The notes under the pieces were generated by a model. It did not search any database. It was not told the DNA's origin and was given only the letters and a program-made list of their open reading frames with translations. From Nemertoderma westbladi (Eukaryota; Animalia; Xenacoelomorpha), in the NCBI GenBank assembly GCA_032718475.1, contig JAUCBJ010006931.1, positions 1 to 43,863 of the forward strand: a DNA stretch of 43,863 nt, in the 5' to 3' direction. Both the position numbers and the translations under genes were made by a program. Position 1 is the first letter of the stretch; every line of letters starts with the position of its first letter. Positions 1-11,208 of this stretch are shown piece by piece.

Positions 1-1391
1 ATTAATAAACTCAGATAGCAGATATGACGGAATTAATAGAAGATGACCTTGGTATTAGAGAGCGATATACTCTACCTTTACAAGCGTTTGTGGATAGCTT
101 GATACGCGGTGAAGCCGATCCGACTATTACGGAGGACGATGGTCGTTATATCGAACCGCCGATGTCCCAAGAGCAACTTACGCGTGAATTGGACTATCGA
201 AAATTAACCGCTCGCTATACGCATCGTAATGGTACGTGTATGGACTTCTTAACTACCGGCCATCCTATCGATTTACATGATACGGACGATGTAGACACCC
301 TAAAGGGAAATGGTTCTATTTAAATATCATACCCAGCGGAGTCGTAACGATAAACCGAGAATAGATCACGAAAATTCTATTCGTAACAGACTGGGAAGAC
401 GAACCAATATGCCTAGAATCTGAGGAGATTCAGCCTATCGCGCTCGGAACAGCGACAACGATTACATCCCAGAATGGTATCAAGGTCCACAGTGTCTCAC
501 TGCGTACGATTATCGCCATGCCAACTATGTTTCTCGGCAACGTTGTCGGTTATGCGCATCGAGAGACCATGTTACGCCCATGGACACAAACGTCCGCTGT
601 TCCTATTTCCACGAACAACCGGCGATGGAAATTTATTGAGCGTATTGCAGATTTAATAATTTGCATATTTTTGCGGTTTGCCCTCAATTTATGACTCAAT
701 GTCACCACTGTCCACTAAAGGGACACGCCAGTTTCGATTGCCCTTTTAATCGCGATTTGGAAAGCGTAGATGAAATGATCACACTACGTTACATTAGAGC
801 TTGGGAAGCGAACGCTGATTTACATCGTGATTCGCGCCATCGCTATTATCCTGGACGCGCTTACGAAGGAATTTATGCGTTCCATCCTTATCTATTCGCT
901 TCTGTCGAACAGAAATCACGCATATCGAGTTACAGGAAGTATATCGACGGCCTTACGAGTACCGAGCCCGCGAACGCGAGTTGGAAAGAACCATTAAACC
1001 AAGGAAGTTTCTAACTGCCTATGGTCCACCCACGGCCCTCATTCAGACCACTCGTAAAGGACCCGTAAGAGCGGCTGTCTTGAAACGAGCTCTCAAAGCC
1101 GTTAGACCCCTCTCCCCCGACGTTGATGTCAATCAACTCGGCACTTCGACTGGCGGATACACCGACCATAATCCTATACCCTCTGATGCAATCATGTTGC
1201 ACCCTTCACCCAGGAGTTATAGCCCTCCTTGTAAAGTGGCTCGCCCCAAAGAGAAAAAGACTCTGGCTAGCTTTAAAAAACTGCGTAAACGCCATCCGCG
1301 CATGAAAGACTAACTGTTTAGAGTATTTTCGTATTTGAGAAACTGTGATTTTGTATATTTTATAGACTTAAATCCCATTTTCTGGGAGCGG
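1..1391 (+). pseudogene. Degenerate 3' internal region of an LTR retrotransposon, with three CCHC-like zinc knuckles and a purine-rich tract before the 3' LTR
   Basis: One frame (424-1014) reads CRLCASRDH..C / [TGA at 637]AYCRFNNLHIFAVC / CHHCPLKGHASFDC. The region ends TTTCTGGGAGCGG immediately before TGTAAAAG (LTR start). Confidence 0.55.
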
Positions 1392-2625
1392 TGTAAAAGC
1401 TTCTGTGGGATATAACTGGCCCCTTTTGCTTCGCAATCCAGTTTCCCCCCAGGCGCTGGAATACTCTAAAAAGGTTCTCTAACTGTATATATATTCCCCT
1501 CGCCCGCAAGGTACCGTTACAGGTGTTTTAACGGACATAAAAGTCATTCTGTTATATACGTGTTTTGGCGGACATGGTAAGGCAAAAAACCTGTAATGCA
1601 CCAACTACCTTTCACAGCTTAGCCGTGATGATTCATATTACGACATCTAACAGCTGGTTGCTGACATGGAAACAGCCATTGGATGCATGGTTCTTTGTTT
1701 GGCTTGAGCCAATCAGAGCGATTTTTCCTGTCGACGTGTAGCTTTTCAGCCGATCATAAGGAGAGTGTTCAGTCTTACTGCTCTTACTTGATACTTTGTT
1801 GTTATTGCTGTCTAAGCCAGAAACACCGGCTTTTTGGGAAGAACTCTAGTAAACTGCTTAGATTATAGAAAGTATAACTGTTACCGGCGGTGTTACCTCA
1901 CTTAATTTAACTGCACTAATCATATTGTTTGTACTGCTATTTACCGTCAGTTATTAATTGTATCTATTTGTTGATGGAAATATTGCTCTTTGGAGAATAC
2001 GGATAAATCACCCAAAATTCCCAATTTTCTTGATACACTACAGGTTAGAGAGGCGGGCTATATATAACAATTGCGATTTATATCAATGTGGTGTGTATTG
2101 AATCTAATGTTATTTAGTAGACACTACCTGAGTCAATTGCTGTTCTCTTTATGTGTGATCAAATATACTGACGGTCGGCAGAATAGTGTGCATGATTGTG
2201 AGTGTGATGTGACTGGTAACAAAGCATTTCCTAAAGAATGCGACTTATACTTTAATCATAAGCCTTATCGTTGCGTTTAGTATAAGTCCTAGCTCTGTTT
2301 AAATAGATAGAGCGCCACGTCCTAAAGGAACTGTTAATATTTCCCGAAAGTTAATAATATCTGTCAGAATTTACATATTAGCGATCAATCGAATAATACA
2401 GTAGGCTTACACTGCAACCTTACACTGCAATAATAAAATCTAAGCATCCGAATTCAGCCTCCCGGGTGTAGATCCATCGGGTGAATGATCGCGCATGGGC
2501 TGGCTTCGGCTAATGTTTTGTTTATTAGCATAAAATATTGTCGTATGCTAAAGGTGTGTTAATTAACTAAAAGACATATAAATTTTGGCAGGTTAAACTG
2601 CTAAAGGTCTTCAAAAGCGCGAACA
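1392..2625 (+). mobile_element. LTR (3' LTR of an element extending left of the window), probably Gypsy-type
   Basis: TGT...ACA termini. Homologous end to end with 38508-39669 (shared start TGTAAAAGCTT, shared end GCGCGAACA). Preceded by a PPT-like tract. Confidence 0.8.
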
Positions 2626-2984
2626 AAAGGCTCCAGTGTAGTAACGGCTGGACTCGCCACTGTAGTAAACATGCTTGTAAGAGTGCAGTGTGAGGCACCC
2701 TAACTTATTATTTTCTACATATTTTTTACTAATCTAATAATTTACACACCTTTACCTCTGTCACGTGTCACTTAGGTTATAAGCAGTGTGCTACTGTGCT
2801 AGCACTTGCAGCGTAATAAATAATTATTTACTTTAATTATATTCGATTGGTAATAAAAATAACAAGTTCATATATTTATTTAATTTGTAAAAATTATTTA
2901 AAACATGAGAAAAGTATTTACATAGATTTTCTTTATTTAGCAGTTTAATACGCTATAATATAAATGCTCTCATAAATACAGTTA

Positions 2985-3223
2985 GGGGGGGACTGGACGC
3001 AATAAAAATTCATCACTCTCCAGGGGAAATTTGACGCAAATAACAGATGATTACTCTCAAAAATAAAACTGTAATGTTCATTTATGTTTAATATATTATT
3101 TTGGTTAAAATATCGTGCCACTGTAACCTGCTCCTTTCCCTAAATTGAGAATTTAACATTGAGGCGGGATATTAATTCGCCAAGGCGAGTTTTGCGTCCA
3201 GGTCCCCCCCCCCCCCCCCCCCC
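2985..3223. mobile_element. Small MITE-like element
   Basis: Inverted ends GGGGGGACTGGACGCAA / TTGCGTCCAGGTCCCCCC. Internal motifs (CTCTCCAGG.GAAA, CGCAAATAAC, AAAATAAAACTG) recur near 37140-37205. Confidence 0.4.
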
Positions 3224-3948
3224 TGTCTCGATAAATAATAATTTCATCATCATAAATTCACCCAAATATGCCGACTCTGTTGACTGTTAGCACAGAGCCA
3301 GAGCCTGATATTATAATGTTTTCAGTTACTATCGCCCTCGAATTCAGACCCAGCTACTAGAAATAGGCCGCGCCGCTTAATCTGAATTTCATCAGTATAC
3401 CGAACTCGTTCGAGACTGAGTGTCGCTATTTAATAGCTACCTCTCGCCCTGTCACAGACCCAGCTTCTAACTATAAAACTATAATTAGGACGCCTTCATA
3501 CAGAACACGTTGCCATTTCATAATGACTCTAAACTGAAGCTACACAAAGGAAAAGGTGAGAAGTGATTATCTAATAATAACACACAAAATCCGATTATTA
3601 TACATACTCATCCTTTTAACAAAGCCGCATCCAACTAACTCCCTTATTACGTATTAGCCTGTGTTGTATCAATGCCTCAGTGGGTGGTCTCTACTACAAC
3701 TGAAAGGCCCGACTCAGCTCCAGGTAAGTTAACAATCTGTCAATAATAAAAATGAAAGCGAGCCGACATTTAGTCAGAGCAACCAAATGGATGTCCAAGG
3801 AGACGTGCTGTCTGGACTTGACTGAGTCGAGTTAAATCGCTTCGCCAAAACGACCAAGTAGCCCATAGGAATACACTACATTTTTTTGGCCATTTTGGTC
3901 GTTTTGGCCGCCAAAATGACCAAGTTAATGTTTATTGGGATTGGGACT

Positions 3949-4519
3949 GTAGTAGATATCCGGCAACTACAGTCACAGACACCGACTTTGCGGATGGCAT
4001 CGCCCTGCTCTCTAATACCCTAGCAGATGCACAGCTTCTACTAAATAAAGTGGAGAGGGCTGCTTAGGAGGTTGGATTGGATATAAATGCTACAAAGACC
4101 GAATTCATGACCTTTAATGTTGATGGAAATTTGACAACCATTGATAATAATCAACTAAGGAAGGTCGATGACTTCCAGTACCTTGGATCATGGATAGAGA
4201 GTAGCAAAAAGGAAATAGAAGTTAGGAAAGCAAAGGCTTGGGTAGCTCTATCAAAAATAGATACCATCTGGAAATCAGATCTCTCCAGGCACCTGAAGAC
4301 TAAGTTCTTTCGAGCCATAGTGGAAAGTGTATTTTTATATGGGGGTGAGACCTGGACACTGACTAAATCACTTGAACAACGAATTGATGGTTGCTACACA
4401 AGACTACTAAGTGCAGCGCTAAACATCAGCTGGAGACAACACATGACAAACGCCGAGCTTTATGGTACAATACCACATGTATCAACCACCCTCCGTGAAC
4501 GCAGATTAAGATTCAGTGG
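3949..4519 (+). pseudogene. 5'-truncated RTE-clade LINE, RT C-terminal part (left half, interrupted by the Polinton)
   Basis: SRYPATTVTDTDFADGIALL (FADD changed to FADG), stop at 4065, then INATKTEFM, FQYLGS, ESVFLYGGETW, RERRLRFSG. Confidence 0.85.
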
Positions 4520-5617
4520 AGTAGTAAGATGAACCCCTCTTTGGCGACAGTTTAGTCCAACTTCACACCTTGGGTGTTAAGTAGGTCATTAATTAATTAA
4601 ACAATTAATTAATTGGTCGATTAAACAATTAATTAATTGTTTAATCAATCGATTTGTATCAAATAATGTTGCCAAAGGCAATTTAATTTGATACAAATCA
4701 ATCAGATAGGGACGCGAAATGAATAAATTGTACTATAACAAATGAAATATACAACACAATAGGCACTGTACATTACAATATAATATACAATACATTTGTA
4801 TTATTTTTGCCATACAGTAGGTAAAGATAGAATTAAATATAAAGACACGAGCGGGGCCCAAAACATAAATTACCCTCACACAAAAATAAAGTGGACCAGT
4901 TTGGTCCTGAGTCATCCCTCAATAATCTGCGGCTGCTCGGGCTCTTATTAACCGTAGCATGACTAATCCAAACATCGAATCCTATACTGTATGTCAACGC
5001 GTGAATGGAGCCTGCTACAGAGTTTAAATTATTCAAACCTATAGCTTCGTTATTACATCAATTCGTCCAAGAAATTAGAATAAACATCTGCTCTTGCAAT
5101 AGTTTGCATTCTTTCATATTGTACTTTATGAAGCAGTCCACGCGCATATTAGCTCAACAACAAAGCCCTACCCAAACGCCATGTGTCAAATTAATTCCCA
5201 ACCATCTCTTTACTACAGTAGATACTGCAGTTTTTTTTTTGTTTGAAGTAATTTCAGATGCTCTAGTATAACATTAATTAACATACCCATTCATTCATTA
5301 CACGCAATTTTCTCCAACGCACCCCCCCGCTTCTCAATTCATCCCATTTCCCTTCGTAACTAATGTTTTACATTTAATTAACCCAATGAAATGTGTTTAT
5401 TATTCCCTCAATCCAATAGCGCGTCTCTCTCTCTCTCTTTTTTATTTCTATTGGTTCCCACAAGCTTCACTTTTATTTTCATTGGTTAGCCTTTCCCTTA
5501 TAAACCCCCATCCAACGCTTTGAACTTTACTTACAAAAATATTATTGACCATTTTACGTTTTATTTAAAGTTATAATACATTTATTGTTATACATAATAT
5601 TATATTTTCTTCAAGAT
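4520..5617 (+). repeat. Left terminal inverted repeat (~1.1 kb)
   Basis: Reverse complement of 19606-20679, with scattered substitutions and small indels. Homology stops at TTCTTCAAGAT. Confidence 0.95.
5383..5504 (+). promoter_or_regulatory. TIR-embedded Pol II promoter: four CCAAT/ATTGG boxes plus TATAAA
   Basis: CCAAT at 5383 and 5413, ATTGG at 5450 and 5481, TATAAA at 5499-5504. Mirrored in the right TIR (TTTATA at 19719-19724). Confidence 0.6.
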
Positions 5618-5744
5618 TGTTATACGTAATACATTTATTGTTATACATAATATATTGTTGCAAACATCAACGTGATTTGATTTTCCTTCTTATTATTCCT
5701 AATCGAGCAATTTTCTTTTTCCAATACCACGAATCAATCTGCAG

Positions 5745-5868
5745 GTAAGAACAATAAATTTGTGTTTTTATGAATTCGTTTAGTTTTAACATTATTACCT
5801 CAAAATAAATATCAACCCCGCGAAACCTTCCCAAACTTATTATTATTATTTAGTTTTTTATTTTATAG
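5745..5868 (+). other. Putative 5'-UTR intron of the pPolB gene
   Basis: CAG|GTAAGA donor and T-rich tract ending TTTTATAG|, 5 nt before the ATG at 5874. Confidence 0.55.
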
Positions 5869-5873
5869 CAAAC

Positions 5874-8800
5874 ATGCCTATGGCACCAAAATTCGTAGAC
5901 TGTCCTGTCTGCAATAAGAACATGCGCAGTGATAGTCTCAACAAACATCTCGGAACTCATTTTAAACAATATTCATGCGATTGTTGTGGCACCTGGTCCT
6001 CCGATAAGAAAACTATGGTTAGCCATCTAGCGCTATGTACGCAAGGTGGGACTGGGTTCAGATTTATCAACGAAGAAAACACTTGCAAGTGTGGCGAATC
6101 ATTCACTCTATCAGCCTTTAAAGAACACGATTGCTATACGCGACTCTTCTCTCGGAAACGCAAACAATCTCAAGCGCTTTTGTCACCACCACCTCCACCA
6201 AACATTCAATCTCCTAGGGTTGGCCCTTCTACTTCAAGACAACAGATTGGAGGTTCGAGCAACAACCCATTTTTATCATCCGTGAATAGCTCATCCCACA
6301 ACCGCTTATTTACATATACAAACACGTTACTTACACCACAATTAGATGTAGAGTTAACACTTAGAGAAAATGAAAGTTATATTTGGGATAGAGTGAGTCA
6401 ACATTTTAATAATGAATTTAATTTTATAAAAGTTTGGTTAACTATTTCTATCTTAATGGAAAGGGAGACATCTGAGGGTACTCAATTAGAAACCTTCAGT
6501 TTCAAATCAAACGCTTCAAATAATCAAATAACTTCTAATTTAGATTTTGAAAACTGGTTTTCGCAAACTATCGAACGAATAGATGAATTAATAGCAGTCT
6601 TTGTTTGCATGGGCAGTGGTTGGAATATTGTTTCAATTAAAGAAATCAATTTACAAATTTCTACCTTCAACCGCAACCCCTATTTCAAAGGACGTGGTGG
6701 TGGTTATATTTCTAAAATTTTAGCAAAGAAGCGGTGCATTATTAACTTAGATTGTCCCATTGGGGAATGTTTTAAGTACGCAGTAGTTGCTGCCGCTTGT
6801 TATAAAAAAATTGAAAGAAAGAAACAAAACATTAGTCGATTGTCAACATATACTCCATACATGTCCATGTTTGATTTCAGTACGATGAGTTTCCCAGTAG
6901 ATAGAGTAGTAGGCATCCCACGTTTTTTAGAAAGCAACCCTTTGTACTGCATTAATTTATTATTTTGGAGTACTGATAACATATTGAGCATTCTATCACA
7001 ACCAGATTCAGAACATTGCTTCCAAAAAACTGTTTTAAATTTATTGTTTATAGAAGGAAATCAAAAAAATTCAGGACATTACTGCGCAATTGTCAACCTA
7101 AATAGACTTATTAATAAACAAGGACAAGGGGACAAAAAAATTTGTGAGCGTTGTCTGAGAGCTTTTTATACTATCAACTCATTGCAAACTCATCGGGAAC
7201 TATGTTATACGAGCAAACGACAATTGGAACAAATGCCCACACCTGACAAATTAAAAATTAAATTCAATCGATTAGATAAGACTTTATCCCCTCCCTTTTG
7301 CATATATGCCGATATTGAAAGTGTTTTAGAACCTACATCAAACCCTAAATTAGTTCAAAAGCACATTGCTAGCGCCGCCGCATTTTATACAGTACCCAAT
7401 CGCGAGCTAATAAATCCCCCGCAAACATCATTACAAATGTTTAGAGACACTGGAACAAACCATGTTATAGACGATTTTCTCACTGCTCTCGAATCACACT
7501 GTAGGGAATTATACGAGTGGACTATTTCTGGTACAAACACCAATGTTCCTAAACATTTGACTCGGGCACAGCAACAAAATTTTGATAATGCTACAAACTG
7601 TTACACTTGTAACTGTTCTCTAACCCCTGATTCACACGGACTGAATCTAGCAGAAAATCTCAATACTAAAGTTTGTGACCACAACCATCTAACGGGAGCC
7701 TATCGCGGGGCGGCATGTGTTAGTTGTAACCGCAAACTTTCTCTTAAACGCAATAAATTTTATGTGGTGCTACACAACCTGAGGCATTACGATTCCCATT
7801 TAATCTTAAAAGAAGGTCTGAAAAACAGTTCTAGAACTCATTGGAAGATAAATGTAATTCCAAAGAACACTGAGACTTATATCAATATAGAAATATCATT
7901 TCCCATAGACAAAACCACGCACACAGCAAATGCAAAAGAATGTATTGTCATCAATCTTCTAGACTCTCTACAGTTCATGACAGCTAGTCTAGATAAGCTC
8001 AGTAGTTATCTTACTGCAAACAATTCTGATCTAACAAAAGCTATCCCACACACTTTGAAACAAATGAAAAATCTTTATCCCAATATTAGCGATTCCACTA
8101 TTAAAAATAAAGGTATATTTCCTTATAGCTATATACAATCCATAACAAACTTATACGAAACTCAATTACCACCAATCGAGAGTTTCTATAATGATTTACA
8201 GCTTGAAGACTGTAGCGAGCATAACTATCAGCGTGCCCAAACTAGTTGGGTTGAGCTTCAATGTCAAAACATATTTGATTATATGATGGGGTACTTGGCT
8301 CTAGATGTCACACTTCTCGCAGATACTTTCCAACAGTTTAGGGAACTATGTTTCTCCAATTATGGGTTAGATCCTCTGCATTATTATACTTCACCGGGGT
8401 TAACGTACGATGCAGCATTGAAATTTACAAACAGTGAAATTGAACTACTATCCGATGGAACTATTATAGCAGATTTTGAAAATAATATTCGCAGAGGGCT
8501 TGTATTTCTGAATACACACTTAGAGGAAGCTAATATACCTGGCAAACCAGAATACAACCCCTGTAAACCAGAAAAATACCTAATTCCTCTCGATGCGAAT
8601 AACCTTTATGGTTCTGCTCTCTCTCAGAAGCTCCCCTGCAGTAATATGAAAATCGTAGATACGCCAATAGATCTGGCTACAGTTGATGCCACTGGGTCAG
8701 TGGGATATTACTGTATCGTTGACCTTGAATACCCCCGAGAGATCCACGACGAAACTGCTGACCTACCACTAGGAGCGGAAAAAATGTCCATTCCCAAGAG

Positions 8801-9927
8801 CTTCCTCAGTACATACATGCAAGACCTCTGGCAACATTATAATCTCAATGATCAAGGGACCTATAAGCAATATAATGAGAAATATAGTAAACTGATTCTT
8901 CATCAATTCAAAAAAACTAATTATGGTATTCACATAAAATTACTCCAATTATACTTAAAATTAGGACTTCAAATAACACAGGTGCATAAAGTATACTCCT
9001 TCACTCAAAAATACATAATCAGAGACTATATCTCGTTTAATACATCCAAACGACAATCCGCTAAAAATGCATTCGAAGTTTTATTTTATAAACTACTCAA
9101 CAACTCACTCTATGGGAAAAGTCTTCAGAAGGTACGAGACCGGCTATCATTCCGACTCTGTACATCTCCAGAACAGTGCGACCTGCTATTATCAAAACCA
9201 AATCATGAGCGCTTCATCTCATTCTCCCCCTATCTCAGTGGTCACACTTTTACTAAAGAAGTAGCAGTACTCAATCAAGCTGTATTTATTGGAGCAACCA
9301 TCTTAGATCTTTCAAAGCTAGAGATGTATGATTACTATTACTGTAAACTGAAACCGCTCGAAGAAAAGCTGAGATGTGAAATTCGAGCCTTAGCCGGGGA
9401 CACGGACAGTTTCTTTCTTTCGGTTACCGGTGTTGAGCACAAAATATTCCTAGAAGCCATGTTTAACTCCGGCTTTCTAGACACTTCAAATTACGACCCC
9501 TCACACCCACTCTTTACAAATCAAAACAAGGCTTCCTTAGGTTTTTTGAAAGATGAAAGTAGAGGTCTATTATACAAATCATTTGTATTTTTGAAACCGA
9601 AAATGTATTCATTCGAGGCATACGACGCGCAGCCAAAGCGGACTTGCAAAGGAATTTCAAAAAATATTGTAGCCAAGCAATTAACACATAAACACTATTT
9701 AGACTGTTTTATCAACGAATCAACAGATTACACAAACAATACAATATTTACTTCTAGGGAGCATCAAATGTTTACAGGGAGAATAAAAAAAAAAAACATT
9801 AAGTCTCTGGGATACAAAATCATTCTGGATGACGAAATATTACAGTAGACCATATGGCCACTATATTACAGGATTAACTAAACCAACAAAAAAAACTGTA
9901 ATACCACCTTATTTAGTTGCAGAATAA
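5874..9927 (+). CDS. polB: Protein-primed family B DNA polymerase (pPolB) with N-terminal Zn fingers and an EndoVII/HNH-like insertion; frameshift in the A12 run at 9785-9796
   Basis: Exonuclease motifs YADIES, HNLRHYD, YLALDV; polymerase motifs DANNLYG, KLLNNSLYGK, GDTDS, KPKMY, KGI. The conserved tail KTLSLWDTK...PYGHY lies in the +1 frame and ends TAA at 9925-9927. Confidence 0.95.
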
Positions 9928-9928
9928 A

Positions 9929-10453
9929 ATGCCATACAAAGCAAGCAGCGGATCAACACCAATTCAAATAATCAATCGTCAATATACAGCTCAAACTGAA
10001 TTTCCAATTGATATAATCAAAGTTTCTCAACAACTAAAAGGTCAGATGCGGCAAAAACCAAAAATGTTTGTGTATAAGACTGGATCTGCGACAATTATGC
10101 TATTCCCAACTGGTTCAATAACAATAGTGGGTCCATGTAAAAATATTTGTAATGATTTACTTTATCTGAAACAATGTACCAACATACTAATTAAGAAAAT
10201 TAAATTAAATACAGTGACCAGACTAATTAAGTTACCATCTCTTAATTTTAAATCATTAAGTAAAAAGTGTGGACATCATTTTGTAAACAATGTAAAGGTA
10301 TATATTGATTTTACGCCGGAGCTCTTTTGTGGAATTCGATTGTATATTGGGCGATGTTATTTCAGTGTCTTTCACTCAATGAAAGTTATAAGTATGTGTC
10401 CTGTTGGTGATTTTGAAGAAGCTCTCATTATATTATTTAGTTTATTGAATTAA
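9929..10453 (+). CDS. TATA-box-binding protein (TBP)-like protein, 174 aa
   Basis: Two TBP-type repeats: PIQIINRQYTAQTEFPIDI..KPKMF..ATIMLFPTGSITIVG and KIKLNTV..FTPELFCGIRL..SVFHSMKV..FEEALIILFSLL. Compare TBP PQLQNIVST..NPKRF..TALIFSSGKMVCTG and KIQNMV..YEPELFPGL..LIFVSGKV..YEAFENIYPIL. Confidence 0.75.
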   Translation: MPYKASSGSTPIQIINRQYTAQTEFPIDIIKVSQQLKGQMRQKPKMFVYKTGSATIMLFPTGSITIVGPCKNICNDLLYLKQCTNILIKKIKLNTVTRLIKLPSLNFKSLSKKCGHHFVNNVKVYIDFTPELFCGIRLYIGRCYFSVFHSMKVISMCPVGDFEEALIILFSLLN

Positions 10454-10461
10454 TAAGTAAA

Positions 10462-10822
10462 ATTATCTCTCAATATACTACATGTCATTATACTGTATGT
10501 GCGGTTTTATATATATTTATGTGATTATATTATCTCTCAATATACTACATGTCATTATACTGTATGTGCGGTTTTATATATATTTATGTGATTATATTAT
10601 CTCTCAATATACTACATGTCATTATACTGTATGTGCGGTTTTATATATATTTATGTGATTATATTATCTCTCAATATACTACGTCATTATACTGTTTGTG
10701 CGGTTTTATATATTTATGTGATTATACTGTCTCTCAATATACTATATGTGATTATATTATCTCTCAATATACTACATCATTATACTGTATGTGCGGTTTT
10801 ATATATTTATGTGATTATACTG
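10462..10822. repeat. 67-bp tandem repeat (~5 copies) inside the Polinton
   Basis: ATTATCTCTCAATATACTAC... starts at 10462, 10529, 10596 and 10663, followed by degenerate copies. Confidence 0.95.
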
Positions 10823-11208
10823 CGTGTGGTTCTATATAATCATGTAACATATATACTAATTATAGTTTTATTAAATTTATGTAAAAAATATATTGATTTA
10901 TATTATTAATAACATCTTACCTTGAGAACAATTCTACCAATCTTTACAAGTAATGGGGACCCACCTCTCCTCACCAAACCCTTCCCAAAAAAAAAAGTCC
11001 ATAAGACCAAGGTTTACTGCACTTGTTCTCCATTGAGTGATTAGTTGTTAAACTGGTGAATTCATTATATAAATTTAAATATTTACTAAAGCCGCTAGAT
11101 GGCATACATTTGTGACGCGAACATTAGTTTCATATTATACTGTATAAACGTTAAAAGTCAACTATTATTTTAATAGATATAATAATAATTGTGTTATAAA
11201 AGGAAAAC

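Noticed and set aside
2440-2520. HDV-like ribozyme suggested by TTCGGCTAATG
   Set aside because: The nested double pseudoknot could not be built, and the second LTR has CTAG at that position. Retained only as an unclassified structure.
5005-5271. 88-aa ORF present in both TIRs (also 19951-20217)
   Set aside because: Duplication is explained by the TIR. It lies upstream of the promoter motifs, has no recognisable domain, and its C-termini differ by frameshift. Not fully excluded.
10549-10909. Hydrophobic/Cys-rich ORFs
   Set aside because: Translations of the 67-bp tandem repeat.
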